Shown here: positions 28,257 to 37,441 of the stretch, in pieces
How positions within the stretch are numbered: position 1 is the stretch's first letter
Layout of the letters: the number at the start of each line of letters is the position of its first letter
Virus record (IMG/VR): IMGVR_UViG_3300036766_002181
Coordinates: 62,001 to 126,000 of that record
Length of the DNA stretch: 64,000 nt
Direction: 5' to 3' (one strand)
Notes under the pieces: generated by a model
Told to the model about the DNA's origin: nothing
Seen by the model: only the letters and a program-made list of their open reading frames with translations
Databases searched by the model: none
Translations under genes and position numbers: made by a program

Positions 28257-29954
28257 TTACTCTTGTCTTGGAACTATATTAAATCCAGATTTTGACAGGG
28301 CAATAAGCTGGGTATGAACATCTCCAAGTCTAGCCTTCGGTATCTTGTTTTTGTCCATAAATTTTAAGGCAATTTGTTCTAGCTCCTCAGAACTTTGTTG
28401 CTTAAGCGGTTCGGTTCCTGGAAGTGGCTTGCCTGTTGTCTGGCCTGTTGGCTCTACTCCTGCCTGTTCTGTGCCCTGAGTTGGTCTGGCAGGCTTTGCG
28501 CCGCCAAAGGCACTCTTTGCTGCCTGCTGTTGCTGGGATCTACCAGAAGGATCAATTTGAGACACTTCAGGAAGTTTTAATCCTGAGTCTACCTGATCTA
28601 TTTCATTTGCTGACAGGGCCGTAATTTCACTTGCAAATACATCGGGTGAAAGAATTTGTTTTCTAAAGTTAAGGAGTCTTCTTGTGACCGATCGCTTAAC
28701 CATGCTTATAACGGCTTTTGAAGTCTCTTCATATTTGTCACGGTCATCTATAGAAGGAGGCTGTGTCTCGGCCTTGTCTGTATCCAGGGCGCGGTCTACA
28801 GGATAGTCTCCCATTCTGCCCTTGATTGTTGGCCAGGCCTTTAGAAAGGCCTTTAATTCTCCATAGACGTTTAGGATGTCTGCCTCTACGTTTCTACCGA
28901 AAATACTTAAAAGTTTGTCCTTTGCGGCAGAACCTCTTTGCGTCATCACGTCATTTATTTTTTTATTGATTGCATCAATCACTTGTTTTGTTTGCGGCAT
29001 GCGCTTTGCATAGGGAGCAAAGACTTGAGTTACTTTATTAAACTGGCTACCAAGATTTGTTAGCTTTTTATCATCAAGAACAAACTCTCCACCTGCCTCG
29101 CCAAGAAACTCCCTTTCTTTTTCTTCTTCTGTTGGCTCATCCCATTCCTTTAATATTTTTGCAATATCGCCATCAACAGATTCAACGGCATCTGCGGTAG
29201 CACTACCAGCATTGGCAGGAGGCTGCACTGTTGGCTCAGCGGGCGTAGATGATGGAGTTGCCTCTGCTGGTGGAGCCGGCTCTGCCGGCTCCACTTCTTC
29301 TGTGGCAACGACCATTGGAACCTTCCCGATTTCTTTAAGCCTTACCAACTCGTTATAACTTAGGCCCAGAAGTTGGGTTGCAATTCCAGGAGCATCAATA
29401 AAGGGTATTGTTCTAGATCTGTAAATTGCGCTAACAAATCTTTGCTCTTCCTTGCTGGGAACGAGGGCAAAGGTAAAGGCATCCTTTATTGCCTTTGGAT
29501 TATATTTTTCTGTGCCTTCTCCAGGTTGCAAAGAGTCAAGTCTAACGTCTGGGGAATTTTTTGGGGCCAGGAAAAGATGTGAAGATAATAGAACCGGAAG
29601 ATCTGAAGTAAAAAATCTGGAAAAGGCATTATAAAGAAAGCTTAGTCTCTTAAGCGTGTCAGAGGCCTTTTTTTCATTTACCTTGCCTGTTATAACCTTT
29701 TGAAGATCATCTTCTGCCGCATTAAGCTGGGCAGCAATCATGGGAATTTTTGTTTTATAGGGGCCGAAGGTTTCGTCAAACTTGGTTATGGCATTTATAA
29801 TACGCTTAACAGTTATTCTGTTTATTTGCTCATTAACCAAAATAACATTGTTTTCAACCCAACCATAGGCAGCCTTATCAAGGAGTTTTTTCTTGTGCTC
29901 AATGAATTTCTCATATTCCTCTCTGAGCAAGCCGCTTTTTTTAATTCCACTCAT
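28257..29954 (-). CDS. Putative internal head protein with two homologous helical domains and Pro/Ala-rich linkers
   Basis: LLREE, LVNE, ILKE and FLGE motifs; F.PY.. helical block occurs twice; late promoter at 29969; start MSGIKK at 29954. Confidence 0.55.
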   Translation of the reverse strand: MSGIKKSGLLREEYEKFIEHKKKLLDKAAYGWVENNVILVNEQINRITVKRIINAITKFDETFGPYKTKIPMIAAQLNAAEDDLQKVITGKVNEKKASDTLKRLSFLYNAFSRFFTSDLPVLLSSHLFLAPKNSPDVRLDSLQPGEGTEKYNPKAIKDAFTFALVPSKEEQRFVSAIYRSRTIPFIDAPGIATQLLGLSYNELVRLKEIGKVPMVVATEEVEPAEPAPPAEATPSSTPAEPTVQPPANAGSATADAVESVDGDIAKILKEWDEPTEEEKEREFLGEAGGEFVLDDKKLTNLGSQFNKVTQVFAPYAKRMPQTKQVIDAINKKINDVMTQRGSAAKDKLLSIFGRNVEADILNVYGELKAFLKAWPTIKGRMGDYPVDRALDTDKAETQPPSIDDRDKYEETSKAVISMVKRSVTRRLLNFRKQILSPDVFASEITALSANEIDQVDSGLKLPEVSQIDPSGRSQQQQAAKSAFGGAKPARPTQGTEQAGVEPTGQTTGKPLPGTEPLKQQSSEELEQIALKFMDKNKIPKARLGDVHTQLIALSKSGFNIVPRQE

Positions 29955-30031
29955 GTACACCACCAGGGTTAAATATTACCAAATTTATCTAAATTGGCTA
30001 AATAAAAAGCAAACACAATAATACATCTTGA

Positions 30032-30334
30032 ATGGAATATCACATATTATTGATAAAAGGATTTGTCATTATGAGCACACCACAACAGAAAAAGAACAAA
30101 ATCTCACTAGAAGTAGAGAGAACTCTCCATAAACACATGGATAGAGTCAAGGAAGGAACAATAGACTTCGTACATCTCTATATTCAAAAGAACAATATTC
30201 CCGTGGATCGTCCTTCCTTGGCAAAAATTCTTGACATTGTTAGACTTGCTCTAGACAGCGAGCATATGAATAAAATGGATATCTTCCTTAAGGATCTTGA
30301 TTCTGCTCTAACTTCAGCAGTTAAAGACGAGTAA
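30032..30334 (+). CDS. Hypothetical helical protein
   Basis: 100-aa ORF; likely start MSTPQQ. Confidence 0.6.
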   Translation: MEYHILLIKGFVIMSTPQQKKNKISLEVERTLHKHMDRVKEGTIDFVHLYIQKNNIPVDRPSLAKILDIVRLALDSEHMNKMDIFLKDLDSALTSAVKDE

Positions 30335-30354
30335 ACTCGCTAGTTATTTTAGCC

Positions 30355-31044
30355 GTGTCAGGAATTGATAATGATAAGATACAAATTCAACTCGTTGGTC
30401 AACAGAAATCAAAAAAATCATCTACTGTAGTTGAATTGCCTGCCGATGTTTCTTCTTCTTTTAATGTCGAACCTACTGTGACGCCGAAACCCGTCAATAT
30501 ACCGCTCGATAACCAAACTCTCTCTTCCAAGCAAGAGGTTATTCCAAATGTCCCCAAACAACATCAAGCCGATTATATAACGCATCTTATTGAATGCAAC
30601 TGCTTTATTCGTCAATTTAAAAATTCAACAAACCCGCCGAGTCATAAATTTATCGTTTTCAGCGAGCTTGATGAAAGCGCAAATGTTAAGCCAAGTTATG
30701 CCAAGTGTAACAACTGTGGGGCCGTTAGAAGAATAACAGAAATTTGTGTTTCACAGGCAGCACCCTCAATGAACGAAGATTCTAGATCCCTAGAAACAAT
30801 AGATGATATAAGACTAGAACTGCCACAGAATCTTATTAAGATTCTTGAGAAACACGAATGCGAGTTACATACCTGGCAGGAGGCCCGCTTTATTTTAAAG
30901 GCTGGGCTTTTTGGGAGGTTTGTTGTTTTGTCAAAAGAAAGAACAAAAGAGGATCTTGTTATTGGCAAAACATGCCAAATATTGGGAAATGATCTTTATA
31001 AAATTGAAAATTTTGAAAGAGACGAACGTGGGATTTCTTTTTAA
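30355..31044 (+). CDS. Hypothetical Cys-containing protein
   Basis: LIECNC, KCNNCG...EIC suggest zinc binding. Confidence 0.65.
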   Translation: MSGIDNDKIQIQLVGQQKSKKSSTVVELPADVSSSFNVEPTVTPKPVNIPLDNQTLSSKQEVIPNVPKQHQADYITHLIECNCFIRQFKNSTNPPSHKFIVFSELDESANVKPSYAKCNNCGAVRRITEICVSQAAPSMNEDSRSLETIDDIRLELPQNLIKILEKHECELHTWQEARFILKAGLFGRFVVLSKERTKEDLVIGKTCQILGNDLYKIENFERDERGISF

Positions 31045-31376
31045 ATCTCTTCTACTTCGATTCCATTTTCTTCATTTTGTCTATCCTCGATAGCCTGACT
31101 TGCCCAAATCCTAACCTGTTTAGAAGCTTTTTCTAGATGCTCTGCTATCACAAGTAGCTCTTCTTCAAAGATATGGCGTTCTTTTTTGGAATCATTTCTA
31201 TCATAATAGGGATCAAAGTCCCTGTATTCAACATACTGTCTTCCGCTTGGAAGAGTTGATTTTACCAGGGTCCACTGATTTGGTATAACCGCTATTGAAT
31301 CATTTCTTCCAACCTTAGAACGTAGTTTTTTCTTGCTGTTATTCATGTCTTCTATTATACAACTAACATGAAACAA
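31041..31376 (-). CDS. Hypothetical protein
   Basis: 111-aa ORF. Confidence 0.5.
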   Translation of the reverse strand: MFHVSCIIEDMNNSKKKLRSKVGRNDSIAVIPNQWTLVKSTLPSGRQYVEYRDFDPYYDRNDSKKERHIFEEELLVIAEHLEKASKQVRIWASQAIEDRQNEENGIEVEEI

Positions 31377-31460
31377 GTTTAAAATGTTTTAAGTTTTCCC
31401 GCTTCAACTTCATGTACGCACTATACTTTTTCTTATTTTTGGCTCATTATTAAATGAATC

Positions 31461-31766
31461 ATGGAAAATAATAACGACGTTATAGATCCGCTTTCTCCTT
31501 CGGGCCTGCTTGCAGACGAGCCAGAAGAGGGAGTGAAATATATCAATCCAAACATTGAAGTTAAACTTCCTGCCAACAAGAGAATGGAATGTAGAGAAAT
31601 TGTTAAAAAGATAAAAGACTATGGAATAAACCAAAGGCAGCTTGTCTATCTTGTTTATTTATTGGCCCTTGAGCTTGAAAACAGAGAAATGATGTTAACA
31701 ATAACAAAGACGGTTGGGGAACAGAGAAACAATGTTCCAATCTCTGAATTGATTATACCAGAATAA
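31461..31766 (+). CDS. Hypothetical protein
   Basis: 101-aa ORF, CREIVKKIKDYGINQRQ...LALELE. Confidence 0.6.
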   Translation: MENNNDVIDPLSPSGLLADEPEEGVKYINPNIEVKLPANKRMECREIVKKIKDYGINQRQLVYLVYLLALELENREMMLTITKTVGEQRNNVPISELIIPE

Positions 31767-31789
31767 TTGGCATTTTGATCATCAAGATG

Positions 31790-32212
31790 TTATTTCTGTT
31801 GCTTATATTTCTTAGTGTTATATTCTTTCCAATAGATCCAACCACCATTTTCTGTGTGGAAGCCCCATTCTCTTACCTTTGGTCCCATTAGACAGACTGT
31901 GAGGGTTCCAGGAGACACAGAAACAATTGTATGAGCAGTACCCGCACCAATCAGGTTCAACCACCTGTGGGTTTCCAGGCCCGCCATTCGTCTTTCTGTA
32001 TACTGTCCTCTAAGAATAAGAGACAAAAAGGATACAGGATGATCGTGAAGATAGGGCTCGGGATCAGGGTGATTAAGCCAGTGCAAACAAATGGCAAACC
32101 ATGGAGTCTTAAACAGGTGCAACCTGGTGATATAGTTTGTTGGAACAAAGGTCCAACGCCAAAAGCACCAATTGGTTCCTGACTTATATTCTCTGTTTTT
32201 AAACATATTCAA
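31790..32212 (-). CDS. Cupin-fold protein
   Basis: LHWLNHPD...LHDHP.SFLSLILRG.YTE...AHTI...GPKVREWGF (His/His/Glu/His metal ligands). Confidence 0.75.
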   Translation of the reverse strand: MNMFKNREYKSGTNWCFWRWTFVPTNYITRLHLFKTPWFAICLHWLNHPDPEPYLHDHPVSFLSLILRGQYTERRMAGLETHRWLNLIGAGTAHTIVSVSPGTLTVCLMGPKVREWGFHTENGGWIYWKEYNTKKYKQQK

Positions 32213-32796
32213 TATTTTCCAAGAAGCATTCTTACCTGAAGATTCACAAGAGTCTTGCGCAAAACATTATTCCTAATAAAGCCCTGAACAATTGAATTTA
32301 AAACATGTGGCAAGCCTGGATCTGCTCGAAGTCCAAGAAAAACCCTTGTTCCCTTTTCTTGCTGATATTCTGATAGGGCAATCTTCCCTTCAAAAACAGG
32401 AACATTTCCTGATAATTTTCTTATTTCAATATCTACTGTTTTTTTATCAAAGCCCGTTCTTTTATTTACCTGAACCCGCATCCAAAGAATATCTTGGTAA
32501 ACCTTGGTTTCAAGATAACATTCACTTTTAGACAGTCCCACAGAACGATATATGTGCGGAAAAAGTTTATTATAGGATTTACAATCTCCAAGAATATCTG
32601 AAACCTCTTGAACAGAATGCCCTGAAATTGTAATTTCATCCTGTTCCCAGGCAGGAAATGGCCTCTCATCTATTGCCGGCTGTTGTTGCTGGGCCCAAAC
32701 AACTGCCGAGCACATCAAACAACAAGCAACGCCCATAATAAGAGACTTAAAATCGACCATATCGAGTGTCTTCAATGTCATAACCAAGGGCAACAA
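32209..32796 (-). CDS. Exported SRPBCC/START-like domain protein
   Basis: Signal-like N-terminus (MGVACCLMCSAVVWAQ); VQEVSDILGDCKSYNKLFPHI resembles SRPBCC helix 1; ADPGLP. Confidence 0.55.
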   Translation of the reverse strand: MLPLVMTLKTLDMVDFKSLIMGVACCLMCSAVVWAQQQQPAIDERPFPAWEQDEITISGHSVQEVSDILGDCKSYNKLFPHIYRSVGLSKSECYLETKVYQDILWMRVQVNKRTGFDKKTVDIEIRKLSGNVPVFEGKIALSEYQQEKGTRVFLGLRADPGLPHVLNSIVQGFIRNNVLRKTLVNLQVRMLLGKY

Positions 32797-33043
32797 GTCT
32801 GGTTGGCTTGGCGTCTCCCGGAAACAGGTATTCTACTTCGCCATAGGCACTGATCTGTGTATCAGATTTTTTATAAAGCCTTCCTGGAATTTGTTTGTCT
32901 AGTTTAGAAGACTGAAGAGAGCCATCTTCATTTATGAACTGAAGATAGTGAAGATAAAATTCTTTATAAAGTCCATTTGGTAGGCGGCGAAAAACCCGCT
33001 CAATGGAGGTATTCATTCTTGTTGCACTTCTGCCCGTAATCAT
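32747..33043 (-). CDS. Hypothetical protein
   Basis: 98-aa ORF containing IPGRLYK, a possible distant PGxLY member. Confidence 0.45.
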   Translation of the reverse strand: MITGRSATRMNTSIERVFRRLPNGLYKEFYLHYLQFINEDGSLQSSKLDKQIPGRLYKKSDTQISAYGEVEYLFPGDAKPTRLVALGYDIEDTRYGRF

Positions 33044-33066
33044 ATTAAAAGTCTTTCTTTATTTGC

Positions 33067-33633
33067 TCAGTTGCTATCCACAAAAATATTCACGGTAAGA
33101 TCATAAAGCTCTTCGTTGGCAATAGGCTGTCTGCCAACAAAGGTTCTTAGGGAATGGGCTGTACTATTAAGTACATAATAGCCGTCACTAACTCTATGAA
33201 CTCCAAGTGGAAACAGGCCCTTAAGGCTAGTTAAAAGCGCCAGTCTGGTATCCTCTGCCCTGTTCCAGGTAGCAAAGTTTCCCCAAAGAAAACTTGCCTG
33301 CTGAAGTCTTTGTCCATTGGCTTGAAACCAAAAGTAAATCTGGCCCGGCTTTGTTGGCTCCTGGGAATAAAAGCTTGTTTTTTTGACCATCCCACCATTG
33401 CCATAGTTGCAGTTTCTTAAAATTTGGTCATCTTCATATACCTTCCAGGTGCCGCCCTGTTTTAAGCAGGTCTGTTCAACCTCTTCGACGGTTGTTTTTC
33501 CTACCTGGTAACCGGCGAATTTAACATATTCAGAATATGCTCTCTTGTTGTTTTGATCATTGGCAGAAACGCTACTTGCCGCCAGAAGTGCCAGGGATAA
33601 AATTATTGATATTGCCGATACGGTTTTGATCAT
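33067..33633 (-). CDS. Exported protein with signal peptide
   Basis: MIKTVSAISIILSLALLAASSVSA signal peptide; AAAGGA SD upstream. Confidence 0.7.
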   Translation of the reverse strand: MIKTVSAISIILSLALLAASSVSANDQNNKRAYSEYVKFAGYQVGKTTVEEVEQTCLKQGGTWKVYEDDQILRNCNYGNGGMVKKTSFYSQEPTKPGQIYFWFQANGQRLQQASFLWGNFATWNRAEDTRLALLTSLKGLFPLGVHRVSDGYYVLNSTAHSLRTFVGRQPIANEELYDLTVNIFVDSN

Positions 33634-33841
33634 ATTGTTTCCTTTGAATTAAAGAATTGTTGCTATAATTTATTATAAAGCCATTGTTGTTGGTTTTATA
33701 ACAATTATTGCACTTTGCTCACCAATGCATAAAGAATTATTTATATTCGTTTTAAGGGCAGCATAGATCTGCCTGTAGTCGGACCCGTCCAGCATTGATG
33801 GAGTGTCTTAAAATGGCTTCTAGGGGCTCTGGCGACAGAAT

Positions 33842-34600
33842 TTAACTCTTAGCGCCAGCTCTATTAATTTGGCAGAGAATTTCTTGTTTAACAAATTCTC
33901 TTATTAACCTATTTTTTGTTGCTCTTTGCCTTTGTTCCTCTTTAAGATCTTCCAATGGAATATCGGTTATTGTATTTCCCATAAGATCGATTATCTTAAA
34001 GTTGCCTCTCTTGTCTTTTAAGACATTTCTCTGGTGTATGTCGATTAACTCAACCCCAATCTTATTGAGATATTTGGCCGTATTATAACACATTACCAGC
34101 ATTGGAAGATCATTCCTGGAAAAAATATGATGATTGTCTTTTCTTACTCTATAAATCACATCCTTAAGATTTAATAAATGGCCCTCAAAAAAAGTTTGAT
34201 CAGAAACCCTTTCAAAAAAGGCAAACTCTTCCTTGGATAGGGGATATAGCCTTTCTTGAATAATGACATAAAGTTCCAACTCCCAGGTATCATGTTCGTC
34301 TCTTGGCTTGGGATTCTGTACAGTAATCCTTGGAAGTTTATAAACACCATAAATGTTTGATATGTGTTTAAGCTTCTTTCCTTTAAGTCTGGCACTGACT
34401 CTGGCTTCAGACCTGTCTGTTGTAAGCTTAACCACATGACCAGATTTTGTAAGATATGCCTCTCCAAAGGCTCCCTTGCCAAGTTGCTGCAAATCAAATT
34501 TAGAGGTCGGGGTTAGACCAAGTTTGTTTGCCAGACTTGGGTGATGCTCAATTAGGGCATCCTTAAAAAATGTTTCTTTTTCAAACGTGCTCATTGACAA
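33842..34600 (-). CDS. Ser/Thr protein kinase-like protein
   Basis: LGKGAFGEAY, VVKLT, IIQERL, DIHQRN catalytic loop, IIDL. Confidence 0.88.
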   Translation of the reverse strand: MSMSTFEKETFFKDALIEHHPSLANKLGLTPTSKFDLQQLGKGAFGEAYLTKSGHVVKLTTDRSEARVSARLKGKKLKHISNIYGVYKLPRITVQNPKPRDEHDTWELELYVIIQERLYPLSKEEFAFFERVSDQTFFEGHLLNLKDVIYRVRKDNHHIFSRNDLPMLVMCYNTAKYLNKIGVELIDIHQRNVLKDKRGNFKIIDLMGNTITDIPLEDLKEEQRQRATKNRLIREFVKQEILCQINRAGAKS

Positions 34601-34607
34601 ATTATAA

Positions 34608-36008
34608 TTATTTCTTTTTATTGCTGCTGGCGAGCTTAATGTTTCTTATGGCTCCCCTTGCCAGCTTGTCTTGGGTTGGTACTGTTTCGTCGTCAAAGGT
34701 TTGTGAATTAACATTAGATCTAACCCAAATATAGGCCATTTGATCAAGTTTAATATCTCCTATAGAAATAACCTCTTTTTGATATCCATATTCATCAGCA
34801 ATTTCTGATTTGCCAAGAATGTCTGGATTTAATAAGAAGTCATTTCCTCCACCATGAATTTTGGCCCTCATTACAACGAAAAACTTATTTCCCTTGCTAT
34901 ACAGCAACGTTCCCCAATCCTCTTTTATTTTCTTAATAATGGCAGGATTGACTGTCCAGGAAAAGTGATCTCTGGATTGATGGCCTGCAAAAAAATTTCC
35001 ACCTACTTGGGATCTCCATTTTCCATCCTTTTCTTTTTGTCCGTCAATTGCCTTTTTATTGCCACCCAACATTTGTTGAAGAATTTTTGGATCTACCTCC
35101 ATAAATCTATAGGCATACTGATATCTTTGAGGAACCTCTAAAACTTTTTCATATTTTCCTGCATTCTTAAGTTGATCTAGTTTTTTAATCCAAGGATTTA
35201 ATGCTGATGGACTACCGTGGTAATGAACATTCATGGCATTTTTTAAATCTATTTCTTTTCTGGTATTTGGTTCTTTTGGCTTTGGCGTATCTTTTCTTTC
35301 TGGTGCAAATAAATATTGGCCAAAGACTTCATCCTTAGATGCTTCTGGCGCTTCTGATAATAACAATGTTAACTTTATAAGTTCTTCCCTGATCAGGTCT
35401 ACTAATAGCTGCTCATTTTTTATTTTTGGTATTTTTGATTTTTTTGATGAAAAGCCACGAAGATCAATTATTTTTATATTTCCATCTTTATCTTTAAGAA
35501 CATTTTCGCCGTGAACATCTGATAGATAAATTCCCATTTTTAGTAGGTCATTTGACAGTTCTAGACACATGTTTAATAATGGCAAGTCTTCTTTTACAAA
35601 GCCATCGTCTCCTTCCTCATTTTGTTTTGCTACTTCAATTTCATTTTCCAGACCATTGGTAGTAAGCGTTCCCTCAAAAACTTCATGCAGCTTCCAGAAG
35701 AACTCTTGTTCGTGGGCCGACAAGGGATACAATCTTTCTTGTATGATTGCAAACCAATCCTTCATATAGGGAATCTCTGGCAATCTATATACTTCCAAAA
35801 TATTTGCTATATGCTTTATTTTTTTTCCCTTAAGTCTTGCACTAACCGCAACCTCTTTAGTATCTGTTGTAAGCTTAAGAACGTGACCTGATTCTAACTG
35901 GTAGGCATAACCCCAGGCCCCGCCTCCAAGCTCAAGAGAATGCTCTGTTAGACCAAGCTTCTTGGCAACCTTTGGATAAGATTCAATCAGGTCTTCTTTG
36001 AGAGTCAT
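34608..36008 (-). CDS. Protein kinase fused to an R-S-E clade ADP-ribosyltransferase-like domain
   Basis: Kinase: LGGGAWGYAY, VLKLT, DVHGEN, IIDL. C-terminal domain: YAYRFM, FSWT, YQKEVI. Confidence 0.78.
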   Translation of the reverse strand: MTLKEDLIESYPKVAKKLGLTEHSLELGGGAWGYAYQLESGHVLKLTTDTKEVAVSARLKGKKIKHIANILEVYRLPEIPYMKDWFAIIQERLYPLSAHEQEFFWKLHEVFEGTLTTNGLENEIEVAKQNEEGDDGFVKEDLPLLNMCLELSNDLLKMGIYLSDVHGENVLKDKDGNIKIIDLRGFSSKKSKIPKIKNEQLLVDLIREELIKLTLLLSEAPEASKDEVFGQYLFAPERKDTPKPKEPNTRKEIDLKNAMNVHYHGSPSALNPWIKKLDQLKNAGKYEKVLEVPQRYQYAYRFMEVDPKILQQMLGGNKKAIDGQKEKDGKWRSQVGGNFFAGHQSRDHFSWTVNPAIIKKIKEDWGTLLYSKGNKFFVVMRAKIHGGGNDFLLNPDILGKSEIADEYGYQKEVISIGDIKLDQMAYIWVRSNVNSQTFDDETVPTQDKLARGAIRNIKLASSNKKK

Positions 36009-36018
36009 TGGCCAACCC

Positions 36019-36909
36019 TCAAAATAGGTTCTTTACAAAGTCAAGAACTCTTTCAAAGAAGCCGGCTTTCTTTTTCTTTTTTGATGGCAATGGCTTGCCC
36101 GATTCAGAGTCAACAGTTGTCCATACCTCTGATTGCAATCCCCAATCCTCATAGGGAAAATAGGTGTAACCATTATCGGCATATCTTTTGCCCCAAGAGT
36201 TTCTAACAATAAATCCTCCCTTGTCTTTTAGATACCCAACAATGCAAGTTGCATGGTAGCCGAGAAGAGCCTGCTTGTCATTTGCCTGTTTCCACATTCT
36301 TGGTCCATAGTTGTACACGGGAATTGTAAGCAGACAGGGACCATTTTTTACAAGAGCCTTCTTTAGGGCATCTATGCTCTTAACAACAGCATAACCCTGA
36401 ACCCTATATTCTGATGCCTCTTTTTTAAGGGCCTCTGTAATTGGTAGGGTTGTAAGATAGGGATAGTCTTTTTCTGGAACAGAGCCTACCTTTGTTAGGA
36501 TTCTCATCACATCTCTTGGATACATTCCCTCACCCTTTGTAGATCTACTATTATAGATAAACTGGGGGCTCATATAGTCCAAGAAATGAACATCCCTTCT
36601 TTCCTGCCATTCCTTCATTGCGGCAGAGGACATTCCAAAGCAACAACCTTGCTTTCCCTGATCTCTTATGGGAAGAAGCTCTGGTCTATAATCAAGATTG
36701 TCTGGAAGGTCATTTAGATTAATGGCCTGATAAATTGTTTCTGCCTCGTGATCTCTTGGATCGTGTGGACTCCTTTGTACTCTATCCAAACGAACATCCA
36801 GTGCCTCTGTTACCTTTCCACCAGAAGGAGGGGAAACAACAGTAGCAGGATAGATGGTCGTGATTGTTGATGATGGTGATGATTTTTTTGATTTTGATTT
36901 TTTGGCCAT
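36019..36909 (-). CDS. Papain-like (C1) cysteine peptidase
   Basis: LPDNLDYR, IRDQGKQGCC (Q, C), SPQFIY, YHATCIVGY (H), VRNSWG (N). Confidence 0.92.
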   Translation of the reverse strand: MAKKSKSKKSSPSSTITTIYPATVVSPPSGGKVTEALDVRLDRVQRSPHDPRDHEAETIYQAINLNDLPDNLDYRPELLPIRDQGKQGCCFGMSSAAMKEWQERRDVHFLDYMSPQFIYNSRSTKGEGMYPRDVMRILTKVGSVPEKDYPYLTTLPITEALKKEASEYRVQGYAVVKSIDALKKALVKNGPCLLTIPVYNYGPRMWKQANDKQALLGYHATCIVGYLKDKGGFIVRNSWGKRYADNGYTYFPYEDWGLQSEVWTTVDSESGKPLPSKKKKKAGFFERVLDFVKNLF

Positions 36910-36921
36910 ATTGTGATATCC

Positions 36922-36929
36922 TTAAATAT
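36922..36929 (-). promoter_or_regulatory. Putative late promoter ATATTTAA upstream of the peptidase-kinase operon
   Basis: Same GCCATATTTAA context as upstream of the tail fibre gene (26727-26737); one of 11 (A/C)TA(T/C/G)TTA(A/T) sites before late genes. Confidence 0.55.
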
Positions 36930-36956
36930 GGCTTTTCCTATATAAAGCCAATGACT

Positions 36957-37439
36957 TTATTGAGCAATAAGAACTATATTTTCAAGAACTTCTTTTTGGG
37001 AATAGGTAACCCATCTTTTTCCATCAGGCCCCACAAAAACAAGACCATTAAGAAGGTGCCGTCTTTTGCATTCTTTTGCATTGTAACACTTGCCAACATA
37101 CATTAGAATTGTGCCGGTCATGAATATCCCAATATTCATTGTTAGATTGCCTCCTCCTATGTTTGATGCTCCGGTGTTGCAGATGGTTATGTTGTTGTGA
37201 ATATGGCTTGGGTTTCTTATGATCTGATCAACGTCTGTAGGGGGCCAGGAAGAAAATATCAATATTCCATCCAACAATGAAATGTTTGACGATGATGGGG
37301 CATATGGATTAACGATAACAAGAGGAGGATTGCGGGGCAGCCGGTTCTTGTATCTTTGTGATTCTATAAAGACTTCCTGGAATAAGTTCCTTATTCTTGT
37401 TGTTTTCTTTTCTTTTTTGTGACCGGCCTCATATAACAA
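36957..37439 (-). CDS. Hypothetical protein, possible extended PGxLY-family member
   Basis: TILMYVGK...FVGPDG motif shared with the neighbours. Confidence 0.5.
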   Translation of the reverse strand: MLYEAGHKKEKKTTRIRNLFQEVFIESQRYKNRLPRNPPLVIVNPYAPSSSNISLLDGILIFSSWPPTDVDQIIRNPSHIHNNITICNTGASNIGGGNLTMNIGIFMTGTILMYVGKCYNAKECKRRHLLNGLVFVGPDGKRWVTYSQKEVLENIVLIAQ

Positions 37440-37441
37440 TA

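Noticed and set aside
33738-33745. T4-type late promoter TATAAATA on the minus strand
   Set aside because: It is a single occurrence in a very AT-rich gap and does not precede the structural genes, which use a different motif.
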